This document shows, piece after piece, positions 47,839 to 57,935 of a stretch of 64,000 nt of DNA (position 1 is its first letter; every line of letters starts with the position of its first letter). A program made the position numbers and the translations under genes. Source of the DNA: Dehalococcoidia bacterium (GTDB lineage Bacteria > Chloroflexota > Dehalococcoidia > UBA2979). The notes under the pieces were generated by a model, which saw nothing but the letters and a program-made list of their open reading frames with translations, had not been told where the DNA came from and did not search any database. The DNA lies in NCBI GenBank assembly GCA_964291495.2, contig OZ219871.1, positions 448,001 through 512,000 of the forward strand. Direction: 5' to 3'.

Positions 47839-48498
47839 CTACAGCGCCATCTCGCGCAGGTCCGGTGCGCGGCTGAGCGGGGCCGCCGTGGCCGCCTCTA
47901 CCTGCTCCGGCGTGACGCCGGGCGCGACCTCGCGCAGCAGCAGGCCGTCCCCGGTGACCTCGATCACTGCGAGGTTCGTGACCAGCAGGTCGACGCACGC
48001 GCTCGCCGTCAGCGGGTAGCTGCAGCGCTCGAGGATGCGCGGGCGGCCATCGTGCGTGGTGTGCTCCATCGCCACGATCAGCCGCCGCACGCCTACCGCC
48101 AGGTCCATCCCGCCGCCGATGCTGCCACCGCCCCGCTCCGGGATCGACCAGTTCGCCAGGTCGCCGCGCGCGGAGACCTCGAGCGCTCCGAGGATGGCGA
48201 CGTCGACGTGCCCGCCGCGGATCATCCCGAAGGAGTCGCTGGTGTGGAAGAAGCTCGCGCCGGGGCGCAGCTCGACCGACTGCCCGCCGGCGTTGATCAG
48301 GTTCGGGTCGAAGCCGCCGTCCTCGCGGATCGCGCCGTAGCCGAGGATGCCGTTCTCCGCCTGCAGCAGCACGCCGTGGTCGGGCGGCAGGTAGTTCGAG
48401 ACCAGCGTCGGGATGCCGATGCCGAGGTTGACGACCATCCCGTCGCGCAGCTCGCGCGCCACGCGCAGCGCCATCAACTCGCGTGTCAGCCCGGCCAC
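47839..48498 (-). CDS. 3-oxoacid CoA-transferase subunit B
   Basis: VNLGIGIPT, QAENG (catalytic Glu), GDLANW, GGGMDL. Confidence 0.9.
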   Translation of the reverse strand: MAGLTRELMALRVARELRDGMVVNLGIGIPTLVSNYLPPDHGVLLQAENGILGYGAIREDGGFDPNLINAGGQSVELRPGASFFHTSDSFGMIRGGHVDVAILGALEVSARGDLANWSIPERGGGSIGGGMDLAVGVRRLIVAMEHTTHDGRPRILERCSYPLTASACVDLLVTNLAVIEVTGDGLLLREVAPGVTPEQVEAATAAPLSRAPDLREMAL

Positions 48499-48499
48499 G

Positions 48500-49243
48500 C
48501 TAGATGCCCTCCAGGCGGACCTCGATCGGGTCGCAGCGCACGATGCGGTCGACATACACGGCCGGCGTGCCGACCGTCTCGGGGTCGAGCTCGCCTGTCT
48601 CGACGATCTCCGAGACCTCGGCGATCACGAGGTCGGCGGCGGTCGCCATCAGCGGATTGAAGTTGCGCCCGGACGCCCGGTAGACGAGGTTGCCGAGCCG
48701 GTCCGCGCGCTGCGCCTGGATCAGCGCAACATCGGCGCGCAGCGGCGTCTCCAGCAGGTAGTCGACGCCCTCCACCTCGATGCGCCGCTTGCCCTCCTCG
48801 ACGATCGTGTCGAGGCCGGTGCGGGTAAGCACGCCGCCGAGGCCGGAGCCGCCCGCGCGGATGCGCTCGACGAGCGTGCCCTGCGGGACGAGCTCGAGCG
48901 TCACCTCGCCGCGGTGGTACTGCTCCTCGAAGCGGCTCCATTTCGAGGTGGAGGCGCGGATCGCGAAGGACGCGATCATGTGAGCGATCTGGCCGTGCTC
49001 GCAGAGGATGTCGAGCTGGTCGCCGAAGCCGATGTTGTTGGCGATCGCCGTCAGGCCGCGCGTCCCGCGGCGCTTGAGCGCATGGATCAGGTTCGTCGGC
49101 GTTCCCGCCGAGACGAAACCGCCGACCATCACGGTCGCGCCGTCCTCGATGCCTTCGAGGGCGGCGTCGGGCGTCTCGAAGATCTCGGCGACCAGCGTCC
49201 GGCTCCGTTCAGCGGCGCCCGTGCGCGAGCGCGCGGCGATCAT
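48500..49243 (-). CDS. 3-oxoacid CoA-transferase subunit A
   Basis: DGATVMVGGF, PQGTLVERIRAGG, ADRLGNL, NFNPLMA; start may instead be CTG at 49195. Confidence 0.88.
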   Translation of the reverse strand: MIAARSRTGAAERSRTLVAEIFETPDAALEGIEDGATVMVGGFVSAGTPTNLIHALKRRGTRGLTAIANNIGFGDQLDILCEHGQIAHMIASFAIRASTSKWSRFEEQYHRGEVTLELVPQGTLVERIRAGGSGLGGVLTRTGLDTIVEEGKRRIEVEGVDYLLETPLRADVALIQAQRADRLGNLVYRASGRNFNPLMATAADLVIAEVSEIVETGELDPETVGTPAVYVDRIVRCDPIEVRLEGI

Positions 49244-49311
49244 AGCCGGGCGGCGGGCGGCGCTGCGCTATCATCGCGGCGCGGCCCGCGATCGAGCCGG
49301 AGGTATCGAGG

Positions 49312-50430
49312 ATGACTGCGAATTCCGGTCAGGCGAACCCGCTGCACACCCGGCTCTGCGAGGAGTACGGCTGCGAGTACCCGATCGTCGCCTTCTCGCA
49401 CACGCGCGACGTGGTCGTGGCGGCCTCGAACGCGGGCGCGATCGGCATGCTCGGCTGCAGCACGCACACGATGGACGAGCTGCGCGCCGACCTCGCCTGG
49501 ATCAAGGAGCGCGTCGGCGACCGGCCCTTCGGCTGCGACATCACCCTGCCCTCCTCCTATGTGCAGGGGAACCGCGAGGAGCTGGAGGAGCAGATCCCCG
49601 AGGTGCATCGCGAGTTCGTCGAGGACCTGATGCGCGAGCACGAGATCCCGGAGCCAAAGACGCCGGGGCCGTGGGGCACGACGCGGCTGCGCAGCCTGGC
49701 CGACACGCGCGCCAAGCTCGAGCTGTTCATGAACGAGCGGATCCCCATCTTCGCCTCCGGGATGGGCAGCCCCGCCTTCGTGCTCGACGAGATGCACGAC
49801 GCCGGGGTGAAGGTCTGGGGCCTAATCGGCCTCGGCCGCCAGGCCGCACGCGAGCTGGAGGCGGGGATCGACCTGATCATCGCCCAGGGGCAGGACTCCG
49901 GCGGACACACCGGCCGCATCGGCACCTTCTCGATCGTCCCCGAGGTGGCGGAGCTCGCGAGGGCGTACGACACGCCGATCGTCGCCGCCGGAGGCGTGAC
50001 GACGGGTCGGCACCTCGTTGCGGCGCTCTCTCTTGGGGCGGTCGGCGTCTGGACCGGCACGCTCTGGCTGGCCACGCACGAGAACGGGCACCTGGAACCG
50101 TGGCAGAAGCAGAAGGTCGTCGAGGCGCGCACGCAGGACGCCTGGGTGACGACGGCGCTGGACGGCAAGCGCGCCCGAGGGCTGCGCGACTCCTTCGTCG
50201 AGGCGTGGGAGCAGCCCGAGGCGCCACGCACGCTGCCGATGCCGCTGCAGGGGCTGCTCGTCGGCAAGCTGCTCCAGTCGGCCGAGGACTGGGACCGCCG
50301 CGACTGGATTCGCACCCCCGGCGGGCAGGGCGTCGGGTTCGTGCGCGAGATCAAGCCGACCCGGCAGGTGATCTTCGACGTGATGGAAGAGGCCTGGGAC
50401 GCCCTCGACGCCGTCCAGCTCGCCGAGTAG
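49312..50430 (+). CDS. nitronate monooxygenase/enoyl-reductase-like FMN protein
   Basis: YPIVAFSH, SNAGAIG, AQGQDSGGHTG, AAGGV, WTGTLWL. Confidence 0.88.
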   Translation: MTANSGQANPLHTRLCEEYGCEYPIVAFSHTRDVVVAASNAGAIGMLGCSTHTMDELRADLAWIKERVGDRPFGCDITLPSSYVQGNREELEEQIPEVHREFVEDLMREHEIPEPKTPGPWGTTRLRSLADTRAKLELFMNERIPIFASGMGSPAFVLDEMHDAGVKVWGLIGLGRQAARELEAGIDLIIAQGQDSGGHTGRIGTFSIVPEVAELARAYDTPIVAAGGVTTGRHLVAALSLGAVGVWTGTLWLATHENGHLEPWQKQKVVEARTQDAWVTTALDGKRARGLRDSFVEAWEQPEAPRTLPMPLQGLLVGKLLQSAEDWDRRDWIRTPGGQGVGFVREIKPTRQVIFDVMEEAWDALDAVQLAE

Positions 50431-50449
50431 CCGGGAAGCGATCGAGACG

Positions 50450-52879
50450 ATGGCGCAACCCGGCGAGGGCGGCGCACTGTCCGGCCTGCGCGTGCTCAAC
50501 CTCGGAAGCTCGCTCTCCGCGGCCTGGTGCGCGCGGACGCTCGCCGAGTACGGCGCGGAGGCCACGATCGTCGAGCCCCCCGGCGGCGCTGCGCTGCGGA
50601 GCCTCGGCCCGCACGGCCCCGAGGGCGAAAGCACCCCCGCCGCCTACGCGCTCGCCAACCAGCGATCGCTCGTCCTCGATCTCACGCTCGCGGCGGACCG
50701 CGCCGCGCTGCGCCGCCTCGCCTCGGACAGCGACGTGGTCATCGAGAGCCGCGCGCCCGGCGCCCTCGAGGAAGCGGGCGCGAGCTTCGAGGAGCTGCGC
50801 GCCGAGCGGCCGGGGCTGATCCTCGCGGCGCTGACGCCGCACGGGCTGATCGGGCCGCGCGCAGGGCAGCCGGGCAACGACCTGACAGCCTTCGCGCGCT
50901 CCGGCTGGGCGGCGATCAACGGTCGCGCCGAGCCGCCGCTCAAGGGCGCACGCCACGTCGCCTCGCTCTACGCCGGACTGACGGGCGCGGCGGCGGTGCT
51001 GGCGGCGCTGCGCGAGCGCGCGGCGAGCGGGCGCGGGCAGCTCGTCGACCTCGCGGAGACGGACGCCCTCGCCGCGACGTTCGCCTCGGTGGCCTCGCAC
51101 GCGCAGTACCAGGGCGAGCTGGAGCAGCGCAACGTCGTCTGGTTCCGCGACCCGCTGCGCGGGCCGCTGCCCGCCGCCGACGGCTACTTCCACCTCATGC
51201 TCGGCCGCAGCGACTTCTTCCGGCTGGCGCTGCACATCCTCGGGCTGCCGGAGCTGGCCGAGGACACGCGCTTCGAGGGCCGCAGCGCGAGGCTCAAGCT
51301 GGCGGACGAGTGGGTCCCCGCCGTGTGGGAGCGCGTCGCCGCGCGCAAGAAGCTCGAGCTGTTCGAGGCGCTGACGACGGCGCGCGTCGTCGCCGGGCCG
51401 GTGCTGGACGCGGCGGAGCTCGCCACGAACGAGCACCTCGAGGCGCGCGGCTTCTTCGTGCGCCCGGAGGGCGGCGGACCAAGAATGCCGGGCCCGGCCG
51501 CGCGGCTCTCGGCGACGCCTCCCCGTCTGCGCCGTGCGGCTCCGGCGCCCGGCGCAGACGGCGCCTCGGTGCTCGGAGAGGAGCGCGAGCGCCGGGCGGC
51601 CACACCGCCGCCCACCGGCGGCGCGCGATCGAGGCCGCTCGAGGGCGTGCGGGCGCTGGCGCTCACGCAGGTCTGGGCGGGCGCGCACTGCGCGCAGCAC
51701 CTCGCGCTACTCGGGGCGGAGGTGATCAAGGTCGAGGCGCGCCGCCGTCCCGACACCTGGCGCGGCGGCTACGAGATGCGGATCCTCAGCGCGCTGCGGG
51801 ACCGCCCGACGGCGCGGCGCGGCTGGAACTGCCACCCCTCCTTCAACTCCGGCAACCTCAACCAGCTCGGCCTCACGCTCGACCTGCAACGGCCCGAGGG
51901 CGTCCGGCTCCTGCGCCGCCTGCTGCGCTCGACCGACGTCGTCGTCGAGAACTTCACGCCGCGCGTCCTCGGCAGCCTCGGGGTCGGCTACGAGGCGATG
52001 CGCGAGGAGCGGCCGGACGTGATCCTCTGCTCGATCAGCGGCTTCGGCGCGAGCGGGCCGTACCGCGACCGCCCCTCGAACGGCGGGACGATCGAGCCCG
52101 CGTCCGGCATGTCCTCGCTGCTCGGCTTCCCCGGCGGACCGCCGCGCAACTCCGGCGCGACCTTCCCCGACCCGCTCGCGGCGATGACCGCGACAACCGC
52201 GATCCTCGCCGCGCTCGAACACCGCGCCCGCACGGGCGAGGGCCAGCACATCGACGTCTCGATGCAAGAGGCGACGCTCGCGCTGGTCGGCGACGCGGCG
52301 CTGGAGCACGAGCTGACCGGGCGCACGCCGGGGCCGCAGGGCAACCGCCACCCGGACATTGCGCCGCACGGCATCTACCCCGCGAGCGGCGAGGACCGCT
52401 GGATCGCCCTCGCCGCCGACGACGAGGCGCAGTGGCGGCGGCTCGGCGCGGTCGCCGCGCGCCCCGATTGGGCGGCCGACCCGCGCTACGCGACGAACGG
52501 CGCCCGCAAGGCCAACGAGGACGCCCTCGACGCCGAGATCGCCGGGTGGACCCGCACGCAGCCACGCGACGCGCTGGCCGATCGTCTCGCGGCGGCCGGG
52601 CTACCCGCCGCGCCGGTGCTGAACCCCGGCGAGCTGCCCTCGGACGCCTCGTTCCGCGAGCGCGGCGTCGTCGCCGAGGTCGAGCACCCGGAGGCCGGCG
52701 TGTGGCCCTACGTCGTCGTCCCCTACCGCCTCACCGAGACCCCGTTGCGCGTGACCGCGCCCGCCCCCTGCCTCGGCGAGCACTCCGCCGAGGTGCTCAC
52801 CCGCCTCGCCGGCGTCGACGCCGCCGGCTACGAGGAGCTCGTGCGCCTCGGAATCAGCGGCGAGGATCCGCCGGAGTAG
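50450..52879 (+). CDS. family III CoA-transferase with two fused domains
   Basis: two CaiB-type repeats (LSGLRVL..., PLEGVRAL...LGAEVIKVE, ENFTP, FPDP, LGEHS). Confidence 0.9.
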   Translation: MAQPGEGGALSGLRVLNLGSSLSAAWCARTLAEYGAEATIVEPPGGAALRSLGPHGPEGESTPAAYALANQRSLVLDLTLAADRAALRRLASDSDVVIESRAPGALEEAGASFEELRAERPGLILAALTPHGLIGPRAGQPGNDLTAFARSGWAAINGRAEPPLKGARHVASLYAGLTGAAAVLAALRERAASGRGQLVDLAETDALAATFASVASHAQYQGELEQRNVVWFRDPLRGPLPAADGYFHLMLGRSDFFRLALHILGLPELAEDTRFEGRSARLKLADEWVPAVWERVAARKKLELFEALTTARVVAGPVLDAAELATNEHLEARGFFVRPEGGGPRMPGPAARLSATPPRLRRAAPAPGADGASVLGEERERRAATPPPTGGARSRPLEGVRALALTQVWAGAHCAQHLALLGAEVIKVEARRRPDTWRGGYEMRILSALRDRPTARRGWNCHPSFNSGNLNQLGLTLDLQRPEGVRLLRRLLRSTDVVVENFTPRVLGSLGVGYEAMREERPDVILCSISGFGASGPYRDRPSNGGTIEPASGMSSLLGFPGGPPRNSGATFPDPLAAMTATTAILAALEHRARTGEGQHIDVSMQEATLALVGDAALEHELTGRTPGPQGNRHPDIAPHGIYPASGEDRWIALAADDEAQWRRLGAVAARPDWAADPRYATNGARKANEDALDAEIAGWTRTQPRDALADRLAAAGLPAAPVLNPGELPSDASFRERGVVAEVEHPEAGVWPYVVVPYRLTETPLRVTAPAPCLGEHSAEVLTRLAGVDAAGYEELVRLGISGEDPPE

Positions 52880-52885
52880 CGACCG

Positions 52886-54196
52886 CTACCGGCTCGCGGC
52901 CTGCGGGGGGCGCGCGTAGGCGGAGGACTGGAAGGCGCGGATCGCGTCCACGTGCACCACGCGGACCGCGGGTGGGGCCTCGACCGTGCCGGTGTAGTCC
53001 ACGATCGTGCGCACGCCGGCGGCGGCGAGGCGGTCCGCGACGCCCTGCGCGTAGCGCGGCGGCACGGCGACGATCGCCGCCGCGATGCCCGAGGCGGCGA
53101 GGGCGTCCTCGAGGCCGTCGACGGACTCGACGGTGAGGCCGCGGATCGCGTGGCCGATCTGGCGCGGGTCGGCGTCGAAGGCGGCGGTGATCTCGTAACC
53201 GGCTTGCGCGAGCTGCTCGCTCGCCAGCGTGGGGCGGCCGAGGCGGCCGCAACCAACGAGCGCGAGCGGGGCCAGCGGCTCGCCCTCGAACGCCGCACGG
53301 AACGCCTCGGTGATGGCCCGCGGGCCGCGTTGTTCCTCGATCAGCCGGCCCTCGCGCACGAGGTAGTGGAGGTGGGCGTTGGTCTCCCAGATCGCCATGT
53401 TGCGCGTGTCGGCGTTCATCTCCTGCCACGTGCCCACGTTCCAGCTGATGCGCGCCGCGATGCCCGCGGCGCTGCGCGGGCCGTCCGCGGCGGCCGCGAG
53501 GATCTCCTCGTTGCGCTCGTGGTGGTGCTCGATGATCTCGTCCACCCGCGCCCGCAGATCCTCGAACGAGTACTCGTGGGCGGGGTGGACCATCGCCACG
53601 TTGAGGTCGGCGAGCGCGCGATGGCCATCGATGAAGTCCTGCAACGGGTTGCCCGTGTCGGTCGGGTAGCGGCTGACGTTCGGGGTGGTGACGGGCAGCA
53701 CGTGGTCGCCGGAGAAGAGCAGGCGGCGCCTGCGGTCATGGACGCAGGTGTGGCCGGGCGTGTGTCCGGGCGTCCAGATCGTCCACAGGCCGGAGCCGGG
53801 CACGAGCTCCTCGCCGCCCTCGAGGAGCACGTCCACCTCGGGAGGCCCGGCGTCGGCGTCGAAGGTCAGCACGTAGGGGTTGGTGGCGTCGGCGCGGTGG
53901 ATGGCGATCGGTGCGCCGGTGAACTCGCGCGCCTTCGCGGCGAGGCCGAAGTGATCGTTGTGGCCGTGCGTGACGACGATCAGCGAGAAGTCGCGCGGGG
54001 CGAGGCCCGCCTCCGGGATCTGGCGGCGCAGCGCCTCGAGGCCCTGATCGCTCTCCATCCCGGCGTCGACCATGACCCAGCCCTCGGAGGTCTCGATGGC
54101 GTAGACGAGCGTGTAGCGCTCGCGGCTGCTGGGCCGGATCTGGTTCGGCGGCATGGGGATGCGGAACTGGTAGACGCCCTCGGCCGCTGCCTGCAC
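52886..54196 (-). CDS. MBL-fold hydrolase + winged helix + Rex-type NAD(H)-binding domain fusion
   Basis: THGHNDH, TPGHTPGH, SGDH, PAHE; C-terminal LVGCGRLG, AAFDADPRQIG, VAVP..AQGVADRL. Confidence 0.85.
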   Translation of the reverse strand: MQAAAEGVYQFRIPMPPNQIRPSSRERYTLVYAIETSEGWVMVDAGMESDQGLEALRRQIPEAGLAPRDFSLIVVTHGHNDHFGLAAKAREFTGAPIAIHRADATNPYVLTFDADAGPPEVDVLLEGGEELVPGSGLWTIWTPGHTPGHTCVHDRRRRLLFSGDHVLPVTTPNVSRYPTDTGNPLQDFIDGHRALADLNVAMVHPAHEYSFEDLRARVDEIIEHHHERNEEILAAAADGPRSAAGIAARISWNVGTWQEMNADTRNMAIWETNAHLHYLVREGRLIEEQRGPRAITEAFRAAFEGEPLAPLALVGCGRLGRPTLASEQLAQAGYEITAAFDADPRQIGHAIRGLTVESVDGLEDALAASGIAAAIVAVPPRYAQGVADRLAAAGVRTIVDYTGTVEAPPAVRVVHVDAIRAFQSSAYARPPQAASR

Positions 54197-54302
54197 GCGC
54201 TGCCTCCCACCCGGCTCGGTCCGTGCCTGGCAAGCCTAGCCGTCACGCGCAGTCGAAGGCCACGGCTGGTGCGAGAACGAATCCGGTCGCGTATTCCAAA
54301 CC

Positions 54303-54519
54303 GAGACCTTCGCGTAACCCTCACCTCGGGGCAGCGAGCGCATCCCCTCCGGTCCCCTCTCCCCGAGGGAGAGGGTGAGGGTGAGGGAGGAGCCGCCCTC
54401 TGGAGTTTCGTTGCGCCGTCGGGGCTTCGAAGGGGCGCGGGAGTCCTCCCCCTCACCCCCGCCCTCTCCCCGAGGGAGAGGGGGCCGGATCGGGCTTGTG
54501 GGAGTTTCGCAAGGGTCTC
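54303..54519. mobile_element. MITE-like element with 16-bp imperfect TIRs and AAACC target-site duplication
   Basis: GAGACCTTCGCGTAAC ... GTTTCGCAAGGGTCTC (13/16 complementary); AAACC at 54298-54302 and 54520-54524. Confidence 0.75.
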
Positions 54520-54550
54520 AAACCGCGGGTCGAACGACCCCATTTCACAG

Positions 54551-54566
54551 TGTGATTCAGGTCACA
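54551..54566. promoter_or_regulatory. TGTGA-N6-TCACA palindrome (CRP/FNR- or Rex-type site)
   Basis: TGTGA TTCAGG TCACA; candidate -10 TATCAT at 54612-54617. Confidence 0.6.
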
Positions 54567-54640
54567 AGGCATGGCCCCGACGCGTCGCGGCAAGGGGCGT
54601 CGCATCGGTGCTATCATCCGCCCGCGCGAGGGGGTGAGGC

Positions 54641-55102
54641 GTGCGCATCGACGGCGAGCACCGTTTCGCGCTTCCCCGATCCGTGATGTGGGAGCACCTG
54701 CTCGACCCCGCCTCGCTGCAAGGCGCGATCCCCGGCTGCACCGCGTTCGACGAGGTCGCCCCCGATACCTGGGAACTCACCGCCCAGGTCGGCGTCGGGC
54801 CGGTGCGCGGAACCTTCACGGGCCGCGTCGAACTGCGCGACCGGCAGCCCGAGTCGCGCTACACGCTGATCGCCTCGGGACAGGGGCGGCCCGGTGGCGG
54901 CCAGGGCGAGGCCGTGATCGACCTGACGGACGACGGAGAAGGCACGCACCTGCGCTACGAGGCGGACGTGACGGTCCGGGGCGCGATCGCTCGCGTCGGC
55001 GGCCGCTTGCTGACGGCCTCGGCGCGCACGATGGCGCGCCAGTTCTTCGATGCGATCGAGCAAGAGGCAAAGACGGCGACAGAGAGGAGTGCGGCGACAT
55101 GA
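54641..55102 (+). CDS. coxG: CoxG/SRPBCC family protein
   Basis: WEHLLDP..L...[24 protein letters not shown]. Confidence 0.88.
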   Translation: MRIDGEHRFALPRSVMWEHLLDPASLQGAIPGCTAFDEVAPDTWELTAQVGVGPVRGTFTGRVELRDRQPESRYTLIASGQGRPGGGQGEAVIDLTDDGEGTHLRYEADVTVRGAIARVGGRLLTASARTMARQFFDAIEQEAKTATERSAAT

Positions 55103-55566
55103 GCGTACCGATTTCGGTAACCGTGAACGGACGGGCCCACGAACTGGAAGTGGAGCCCCGCATGCTGCTGGTGCACCTCCTGCGGGAGGAGCTGAACCTC
55201 ACCGGCACGCATGTGGGCTGCGACACGAGCCAGTGCGGGGCCTGCACCGTGATCGTCGATGGCTCGTCCGCCAAGTCCTGCACCGTGCTGGCGGTGCAGG
55301 CCGACGGCGCGTCCATCACCACGATCGAGGGCCTCGCCCAGGACGGCGAACTGCACCCGCTGCAGGAGGCGTTCTGGGACGAGCACGGCCTGCAGTGCGG
55401 CTATTGCACGCCGGGCATGATTATGTCCGGTATTGACCTCCTCGAGCGGCACCCCGACCCGTCCGAGGCCGAGATCCGGCGCGGGTTGGACGGCAACCTC
55501 TGCCGCTGCACCGGCTACGAGCACATCGTGAACGCCATGCAGGCCGCGGCGGGAGGTGCATCATGA
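55099..55566 (+). CDS. coxS: 2Fe-2S small subunit of CODH/xanthine dehydrogenase family
   Basis: [29 protein letters not shown]. Confidence 0.92.
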   Translation: MSVPISVTVNGRAHELEVEPRMLLVHLLREELNLTGTHVGCDTSQCGACTVIVDGSSAKSCTVLAVQADGASITTIEGLAQDGELHPLQEAFWDEHGLQCGYCTPGMIMSGIDLLERHPDPSEAEIRRGLDGNLCRCTGYEHIVNAMQAAAGGAS

Positions 55567-57935
55567 CCATGGCCGCAACCCCAGGCCAGCTTGTCGGACA
55601 GCGCGTCCGGCGGCGCGAGGACCCGCGCCTGGTGCAGGGCCACGGCACCTACGTCGACGACGTGAAGCTGCCGGGCATGCTCCACCTCGCCTTCCGGCGC
55701 AGCGACGTGGCGCACGGCATCATCCGCTCGATCGACACCAGCGCCGCCGAGGCGATGGATGGCGTCGAGGCGGTCTACACCGGCGCCCAGATCGCCGACA
55801 TAGTGCCGCCGATGCCCGTCGCGACGCCGTTCCCGGCGCCCGACCACCACTCGGTGGCCCCGGAGCGCGTCCGCTACGTCGGCGAGCCCATCGCCGTTGT
55901 CGTGGCCACCGACCGCTACCTGGCGGCCGACGCCGCCGACGCGATCGAGGTCGACATCGAGGAACTGCCCGCGGTGATCGACCCCGAGCGGGCGATGGCC
56001 GGTGAGCCGACCACGATCTACGACGACTTCGAGAACAACCTCGCCGTCCCGATGGCCCCCGCCGGCACCGGCGTGGGCGCCGACGGCAGCATCGAGGACA
56101 ACTCGGCGCTCGACGAGGCGTTCGAGAAGGCCGACGTGGTGATCTCGCAGCGGATGATGAACCAGCGCCTGGTCCCGAACGCGATGGAGCCGCGCGGCAT
56201 CCTCGCGCACTACGAGCCGGGCAAGGAGGAACTGACCGCCTGGTCGACGACGCAGAACCCGCATATCGCGCGCACGCTCCTGGCGGCGATCCTCGGGATG
56301 GGCCAGCACCAGGTGCGCGTCATCGCCCCGGACGTGGGCGGCGGCTTCGGCAGCAAGATCAACGTCTACGGCGAGGACTTCGCCGCGGCCGCGATCTCGC
56401 GCGACCTCGGCCGCCCCGTGAAGTGGATCGAGGACCGCTCCGAGGCGTTCATGACCACGATCCACGGCCGCGACGTGATCGGCTACATCGACCTCGCCGC
56501 GACGGGTGAGGGCAAGGTGACGGCCGTCAAGATGCGGCTCATCGCCGACATCGGCGCCTACGAGATGGTGCTGACGGCGGCGATCCCCACCCTGGTGGCC
56601 TTCATGATCAGCGGCGTCTATGACATCCCCGTCGTGCGCGCCGAGCTGACCGAGGTCTTCACCAACAAGATGCCGACCGACGCCTACCGCGGCGCCGGAC
56701 GGCCCGAGGGCATCTACTTCCTCGAGCGCGCCATGGACATGCTGGCGTCCGAGCTGGGGATGGACCCCGCCGACGTGCGGCGCGTGAACTTCATCCAGCC
56801 GGACCAGTTCCCGTACACCACCGCCGGGGGCATGGTCTACGACTCCGGTGAGTACGAGCGCCTGCTCGACCAGGCCCTCGAGAACGCCGGCTGGGAGCAG
56901 ATGAAGGCCGACCGCGACGCCGCGCGCGCCGAGGGTCGGATCGTCGGGCTCGGCATGTCGTTCTACACGGAGATCTGCGGCTTCGGCCCCTCGGCGGCGA
57001 TGCCGACCGTCGGACTCTGGGAGCACGCGAGCGTAAGCGTGGAGCGCGACGGCAAGGTGATCGCCTCGAGCGGCGCGTCCTCGCACGGCCAGGGCCACGA
57101 GACGACGTTCGCGCAGATGCTGGCGGATGACCTCGGTATCCCGATGGATGACATCTCGATCATCCATGGCGACACCGGGCAAGTCCGCGAGGGCACGGGC
57201 ACCTTCGGCAGCCGCTCGCAGGTGGTGGGCGGCACCGCGCTGCTCATGGCGAGCGGCAAGGTCAAGGACAAGATGCGCAAGTTCGCCGCGCAGATGCTCG
57301 AGACCCAGCCCGCCGACCTCTCGTTCCGCGAAGGGATGATCGGACCGACGGGGCAGGAGGACACCGGCGTCGCCTTCGCCGAGGTCGCCGGCTTCGCCTA
57401 CATCCCGATCCCGCTCCCGCCGGACACCGAGCCCGGCCTGAGCGAGGAGGCGTTCTGGGAGCCCGAGGGCTTCACCTGGCCCTTCGGCTGCTACATCTCG
57501 CAGGTCGAGATCGACCGCGACACGGGCGAGCTGGAGCTGCAGCGCTTCGTCGGCGTGGACGACTGCGGCAACGTGGTCAACCCGCTGATCGTCGCCGGGC
57601 AGATCCACGGCGGCATCGCCCAGGGCGTCGGCCAGGCGATGACCGAGGAGGCGGTCTATGACGAGGAGAGCGGCCAGCTGCTGAGCGCCTCGTTCATGGA
57701 CTACGCGATCCCGCGCGCGCGCGACCTGCCACGCTTCGAGCTGGACCACACCGTGACCCCCTCCCCGCTCAACCCGATGGGCGTGAAGGGCATCGGCGAG
57801 GCCGGCACGATCGGGTCGACTCCATCGATCGTGAACGCCGCCGTCGACGCGCTCAGCGGGCACGGCGTCGAGCACATCGACATGATGCTGCGTCCGGAGA
57901 AGCTCTGGCGTCTGATCCAGGGAGGCGACGCATGA
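55563..57935 (+). CDS. coxL: molybdopterin large subunit, form II CoxL-like
   Basis: [36 protein letters not shown]. Confidence 0.88.
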   Translation: MTMAATPGQLVGQRVRRREDPRLVQGHGTYVDDVKLPGMLHLAFRRSDVAHGIIRSIDTSAAEAMDGVEAVYTGAQIADIVPPMPVATPFPAPDHHSVAPERVRYVGEPIAVVVATDRYLAADAADAIEVDIEELPAVIDPERAMAGEPTTIYDDFENNLAVPMAPAGTGVGADGSIEDNSALDEAFEKADVVISQRMMNQRLVPNAMEPRGILAHYEPGKEELTAWSTTQNPHIARTLLAAILGMGQHQVRVIAPDVGGGFGSKINVYGEDFAAAAISRDLGRPVKWIEDRSEAFMTTIHGRDVIGYIDLAATGEGKVTAVKMRLIADIGAYEMVLTAAIPTLVAFMISGVYDIPVVRAELTEVFTNKMPTDAYRGAGRPEGIYFLERAMDMLASELGMDPADVRRVNFIQPDQFPYTTAGGMVYDSGEYERLLDQALENAGWEQMKADRDAARAEGRIVGLGMSFYTEICGFGPSAAMPTVGLWEHASVSVERDGKVIASSGASSHGQGHETTFAQMLADDLGIPMDDISIIHGDTGQVREGTGTFGSRSQVVGGTALLMASGKVKDKMRKFAAQMLETQPADLSFREGMIGPTGQEDTGVAFAEVAGFAYIPIPLPPDTEPGLSEEAFWEPEGFTWPFGCYISQVEIDRDTGELELQRFVGVDDCGNVVNPLIVAGQIHGGIAQGVGQAMTEEAVYDEESGQLLSASFMDYAIPRARDLPRFELDHTVTPSPLNPMGVKGIGEAGTIGSTPSIVNAAVDALSGHGVEHIDMMLRPEKLWRLIQGGDA

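Noticed and set aside
52886-53320. Separate stand-alone rex gene
   Set aside because: No stop/start boundary and no Rex N-terminal RKD helix motif; the domain is in frame with the MBL
55563-57935. Bona fide form I CO dehydrogenase
   Set aside because: The motif is AYRGAGR rather than AYXCSFR, and the order is SLM rather than MSL
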